A stretch of 64,000 nt of DNA from the human T2T-CHM13v2.0 reference genome, Homo sapiens: the NCBI RefSeq assembly GCF_009914755.1, contig NC_060928.1. One strand, given 5' to 3'. Positions within the stretch are counted from its first letter, which is position 1. The number at the start of each line of letters is the position of its first letter. This document shows positions 57,984 through 64,000 of this stretch, piece by piece. The notes beneath the pieces were generated by a model that did not search any database, had not been told where the DNA came from, and saw nothing but the letters and a program-made list of their open reading frames with translations. The position numbers and the translations under genes were made by a program.

Positions 57984-59291
57984 AACCCTGAAGTCTGGGC
58001 ATTGGAAGGACAATTTAGAAGGGCAAAAAATGCCCACCCAGTCCAAATCAAGTTAAAAGATCCCACCACTTTTCCTTATCAAGGCAATATCCCTTAAGGC
58101 CTGTAGCTCATAAAGGATTACCAGACATTGTCAAACATTTAAAAGCTCAAGGCAGCAGTCCATGCAACACCCCAATTCTAGGAGTACAAAAACCGAATGC
58201 TCAGTGGAGATTAGTGAAAGATCTTAGACTCATCAATGAGGCAGTAATTCCTCTATATCCAGTTGTACCCAACTCCTATACCCTGCTCTCTCAAATACCA
58301 GAGGAAGCAGAATGGTTCATAGTTCTGGACTTCAAGGATGCCTTCTTCTGTATTCCCCTGCACTCTGACTCCCAGTTTCTCTTTGACTTTGAGGATCCCA
58401 CAGACCACATGTCCTAACTTATGTGGACGGTCTTGCCCCAAGGGTTTAGGGATAGCCCTCATCTGTTTGGTCAGGCACTGGCCCAAGATCTAGGCCACTT
58501 CTCCAGTCCAGGCACTCTGGTCCTTCAGTATGTGGATGATTTACTTTTGTCTACCAGTTCAGAAGCCTTGTGCCAGCAGGCTATTCTAGATCTCTTGAAA
58601 TTTCTAGCTAATCAAGGGTAAAGCTGTCTAGGTCTAAGGCCCAGCTTTGCCTACATCAGGTAAAACATCTAGGCCTAATCTTAGCCAGACAGTCCAGGGC
58701 CCTCAGCAAGGAATGAATACAGCCTATACTGGCTTATCCTCACCCTAAGACATTAAAAGAGTTGCGGAGGTTCCTTGGAATTACCAGCTTTTGTAAAATA
58801 TGGATCCCTGGATGCAGCAAGATAGCCAAGCCCCTCTATACTCTAATCAAGGAAACCCAGAGGGCAAATACTCATCTAGTAGAATGGGAACCAGAGGCAG
58901 AAACAGCCTTCAAAACATTAAAGCAGGCCCTAGTACAAGCTCCAGCTTTAAGCCTTCCCACAGGACAAAACTTCTCTTTATACGTCACAGAGAGAGCAGG
59001 GATAGCTCTTGGAGTCCTTACTCAGATTCGTGGGACAACCCCACAACCAGTGGCATACCTAAGTAAGGAAATTGATGTAGTAGCAAAAGACTGGCCTCAC
59101 TGTTTAAGGGTAGTTGCGGCGATGACTGTCTTAGTGTCAGAGGCTATCAAGGTAATACAAGGAAAGGATCTCACTCTCTGGACTGCTCATGATGTAAATG
59201 GCATACTAGGTGCCAAAGGAAGTTTATGGCTATCAGACAACCACCTACTTAGATACCAGGAGCTACTCCTTGAGGGACTGGTTCTTCAAAT
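57984..59291 (+). pseudogene. pol: ERV9 reverse transcriptase and connection domain, disrupted and 3'-truncated
   Basis: DLRLINEAV, LDFKDAFF, LPQGFRDSP and YVDDLLL motifs in separate short ORFs; joins LTR sequence at ~59299. Confidence 0.93.
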
Positions 59292-59298
59292 GAAGAAG

Positions 59299-59808
59299 AA
59301 GGTTTGTAAATGCACCAATCAGCACTCTCTGTCTAGCTCAGGGATTGTAAACACACCAATCAGCACCTTGTCAAAACGGACCAATCAGTTCTCTGTAAAA
59401 CAGACCAATCAACTGTCTGTAAAATGGACCAATCAGCCTGATGTGGGTGGGATCAGATAAGGGAATAAAAGAAGGCTGCCTGGGCCAGCAGTGGCAACCC
59501 ACTGGTGTCCCCTTCCACACTGTGGAAGCTTTGTTCTTTCGCTGTTTGCAATAAATCTTGCTGCTGCTCACTCTTTGGGTCTGCACTGCCTTTATGGGCT
59601 GTAACATTCACCACAAAGGTCTGCAGCTTCACTCCTGAGGCCAGTGAGACCACAAACCCACCAGAAGGAAGAAACTCTGAACACATCCGAACATCAGAAG
59701 GAACAAACTCCGGACACACCATCTTTAAGAACTGTAACACTCAACGTGAGTGTCAGCAGCTTCATTCTTGAAGTTAGTGAGACCAAGAACCCACCAATTT
59801 TGGACACA
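59299..59808 (+). mobile_element. 3' LTR12, missing most of U3
   Basis: Begins mid-repeat aaggtttgtaaatgcaccaatc and ends accaattttggacaca. Confidence 0.95.
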
Positions 59809-59812
59809 AAAG

Positions 59813-61050
<1,238 letters not shown>

Positions 61051-61254
61051 TAGAAGCAGAGATAGAGACAAGCAGGAAATAATATTTTATGTTTCTTCTC
61101 TATGTAATTTATTTACTTGTTCAATTAGTATTTACTGAATATTTGCCATGCATTCTGCACTGGGGCAAGCAACAGAAATACACAAATAAATGAGTTGATA
61201 TGCTTAATTCAGTTATCTCAGTAACAGGGGAATCTGTATACCACTCCAATCACA

Positions 61255-61642
61255 TCTCTTTCTTCAGTCATCTACACAGGCCTTCTTTGAGTCACCCAAA
61301 ACACTTAAGTCTTTCCTGCTTTAGATCTATCTTTTGCCTGGAACAGTCTTTGACCCAGTTTGCATGGTAAGTTGTTCTTCAGATATCAAGTTAAATGTCA
61401 CTTTTACAATGAGGCTCTCTCCTACTCTGTATCTACAGATGTCCCCATTATTTTCTATCATGAAGCTGTGTTCTTCACATTAATGGCATTTGTCATAGTT
61501 ATATGTTTGTATTTATAGCGATTTTCAAGTCTATCTCATTTATTTGGTTCCATATGTGTGTTGAACCATGGTCACTTTATTGACAGTAGTTTTGTTAATA
61601 TTCAGTAAAATAAGATGAATTCATGCATGAATAAATGAATCT
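61255..61642 (+). mobile_element. L2 3' fragment
   Basis: ttgcctggaacagtctt..gttaaatgtcact..atgaataaatgaat 3' tail. Confidence 0.65.
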
Positions 61643-63087
61643 AATAAACAGGTCAGGCCAACGGTTCGCTATGGTCTAATTTTTCATACAATGAGAAAGA
61701 AAACCCAATTAGACATCATAATGAACATATGATGCTTATTATAGTTATTGTGTTCTGTATATTTAGATTTGTTCAATGTCTTATGTTATAATTTATGAAT
61801 ATAAAATTATACAGGAAAAAATAAACCCCTATTGATCGTCTTTCTGTGGTTTATATTTTATACTAGATCATCTTATTTGAATACTCTACAAAAGTGAGAG
61901 GTGAAAACAATGTTAATTTTGTAAATGAGGGTACTTAAAGATATTAACCAACATGGCCCTCATAGCAGCTAGTAATTGGCAGAGTAATTTGCTCTTCCCT
62001 CTGACTAGAATTCTATTTTTCTAACTCTTTAAATGCAAAGCTTATACCCAGCATATCTAACTCCAACGTACAGGGATTCATGGATTTACAACACATCTCA
62101 ACTCAGAGATTTTACGAATCCCAACAGTAAATATCTACTCAATATTATACCTTAAAAAATTCCCTCTGTTTCAAAAACATAGGCATGATGGAAAGAGGGA
62201 GAGTGAGAGGGACATCCATAGGGTAGCATATGACTTTTAATTCTCTTTGTCTCAAAAAAAAAATTACCTTTGAACACCAAAAGGAGAAGAGAAACACAAA
62301 CTAAGGAATTGAAGCTAAAGTTACAGGCTTTCTGAGCTCCATGACACAGAGCAGGCAGAATAGGTCATTTAAACTGAAATTTAGGCTTCTGCATAGGCTC
62401 CCTAAAGGGCTTTTTGTGAAATGAAGGTAAAGAAGCTGTGTGGATTCCACTTTTATAGATGTAATAAGAAAAATAGATGTTTCCCAACCAATAGAAACTG
62501 AACTTTTTCTTAAATTGTGAACTACAGAGACAAGATAAAAACAAATGGCATACTCAAAACCAGAAAGTGAGTTACCATAATTAGATTAGCCACTAACCTA
62601 ACACACTCAGAAGATACACGATGAAACTCTAGAATCATTACAATATGATTAATGCAAATGGAGAGAGAAAAAAAAAGAGAGTGACAAATACTTCAACTTA
62701 AGAAGAGCTTGAAAACTATAATAAAAATTGAAGATACTAAGAACTGGCAAAAAATAACCAAAAAATTAATAATGTGATTAGAATTTTATTCCAGAAGCAA
62801 TTAATTTTCTAGAAAGGCTCTCAGATATTTAAATTAAACATGTTGAAGATGTTTAAAATGTTTAACTAAAGCCTGATTTTTTAAAATAAACTTTTTAAAG
62901 CAAAATTTTAAAATATCAGATGACATACTGAAAGAAATTATTTGAAATATCTGAAATAAAAAAGCATTTCAAATAAAAATTACATAGATATTATAATCTT
63001 TAGAGTCAATCAAATAATAAATTAGAAAATTTTAAGAAGATAGCAAAGAATTGTATTGGAATAAGTAACAAGAGAAAAAGAATTAAT

Positions 63088-63235
63088 AGAGAGTGGCCAA
63101 GATAATCACCTAGAAGCAGCTGGTGTGTGCCACTCTTAAATACAACTTCAATAGAAACATCCAGGTACATGCATTGAGACTAATCAAGGAAACAACTTGA
63201 CCCACAGAGAATAGAGAAAAGCAAGGCAGGATGAC
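63088..63235 (+). mobile_element. L1PA15/16-type 5' UTR start, interrupted by MST
   Basis: gtggccaagat..ctagaagcagct..aatcaaggaaacaacttgacccacagagaatagagaaaagcaaggcagg. Confidence 0.65.
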
Positions 63236-63625
63236 TGCTATGGATCTGTTTCTCCACCAAATCTCATGTCAAATTATAATCTACAGTGATGGAGGTGGGG
63301 CCTGGTAGGGGGTGATTTGATTATATGTATGCAGTTTTCATGAACGATTTAGCACCATCTCCCCTTGGTACTGTATAGTGAATGAGTTCTCATGAGATCC
63401 GGTTGTTTAAAAGTTTGTAGGACTCCCCTCATACAGCCCTTTCTCCTGCTTCTGCCATGTAAGACATAAGCTCCTGCTTTTTCTTCCACCATGAGTATAT
63501 GCTTCCTGAGACCTCCCCAGAAGCAGAAGCTGCCATGCTTCCTGTATGGAGCTAACTAAACCTCTTTTCTTTATAAATTACCGAGTCTCAGATTTTTTTA
63601 TAGCAATGCAGAACGAACTAATACA
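63236..63625 (+). mobile_element. MSTA-type MaLR 5' LTR
   Basis: ccaaatctcatgtcaaatt..ggaggtggggcctgg..cctccccagaagcagaagctgccatgcttcctgta..aactaataca. Confidence 0.9.
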
Positions 63626-64000
63626 GAAAATTGGTACCAAGCAGTAGGGCATTGCTATAAAAATACCTAAAAGTGTAGAAGCAACTTTGGAACTTGGTAA
63701 CAGGCAGAGGTTTGAAGAGTGTAGAGGGCTCAGAAGAAGACAGGAAGATGAGGGAAGGCTGGAACTTCCTAGAGACTTGATGTATGGTTGTGACCAAAAT
63801 GCTGAGAGTGATATGGACAATAAAGTCCAGGCTGATGAGGTCTCACATGGAAATGAGAAACTTGTTGACTAGAGTAAAGGTCACTTTTACTGTATATTAG
63901 CAAAGTGGTTGGTTGCATTGTGCCCCTGCCCTAGGGATCTGTGGAACTTTGAACTTGAGAATGATGATTTAGGTGTCTGGAGGAAGAAATTTCTAAGCAG
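63626..64000 (+). mobile_element. MST/THE1-type MaLR internal sequence, runs off the right edge
   Basis: gaaaattggtacc..gcaactttggaact..ggtaacaggcagagg..ccctgccctagggatctgtggaactttgaacttgag. Confidence 0.92.

Larger units (their letters stand above)
53257..59808 (+). mobile_element. ERV9 (HERV9/LTR12) provirus, internally deleted
   Basis: TG..CA termini; 4-bp TSD AAAG (53253-53256, 59809-59812); order LTR-PBS-leader-gag-pro-partial pol-partial LTR. Confidence 0.97.

Overview
This is AT-rich primate (hominoid, most likely human or great ape) genomic DNA that looks intergenic or deep-intronic. I find no credible host protein-coding exon, and almost every listed ORF is explained by a repeat. 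The main elements are: (1) a ~6.55 kb internally deleted ERV9/LTR12 provirus at 53257-59808, with 4-bp TSD AAAG, a tRNA-Arg PBS and decayed gag-pro-pol, lacking RNase H, integrase and env; (2) two further LTR12 copies, a solo MER11 LTR, and THE1, MST, MLT1, LTR16, LTR47 and MER52-like LTR elements; (3) a ~10.5 kb stack of nested antisense L1s at ~28900-39430; (4) a full-length U6 snRNA retropseudogene with TSDs; (5) many Alus, L2, MIR and DNA transposon fossils. The most informative structures are a young L1PA2-type insertion carrying both a 3' transduction and a twin-priming inversion inside one 15-bp TSD, an 87-bp duplicated segment joined to the 5' end of an Alu, and a small CpG/ETS-motif cluster in apparently unique sequence. 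I did not find evidence for a new biological system; the findings are unusual local cases of known retrotransposition and repair mechanisms. Subfamily names come from recalled consensus sequences, not a database search, and boundaries of old elements are approximate.
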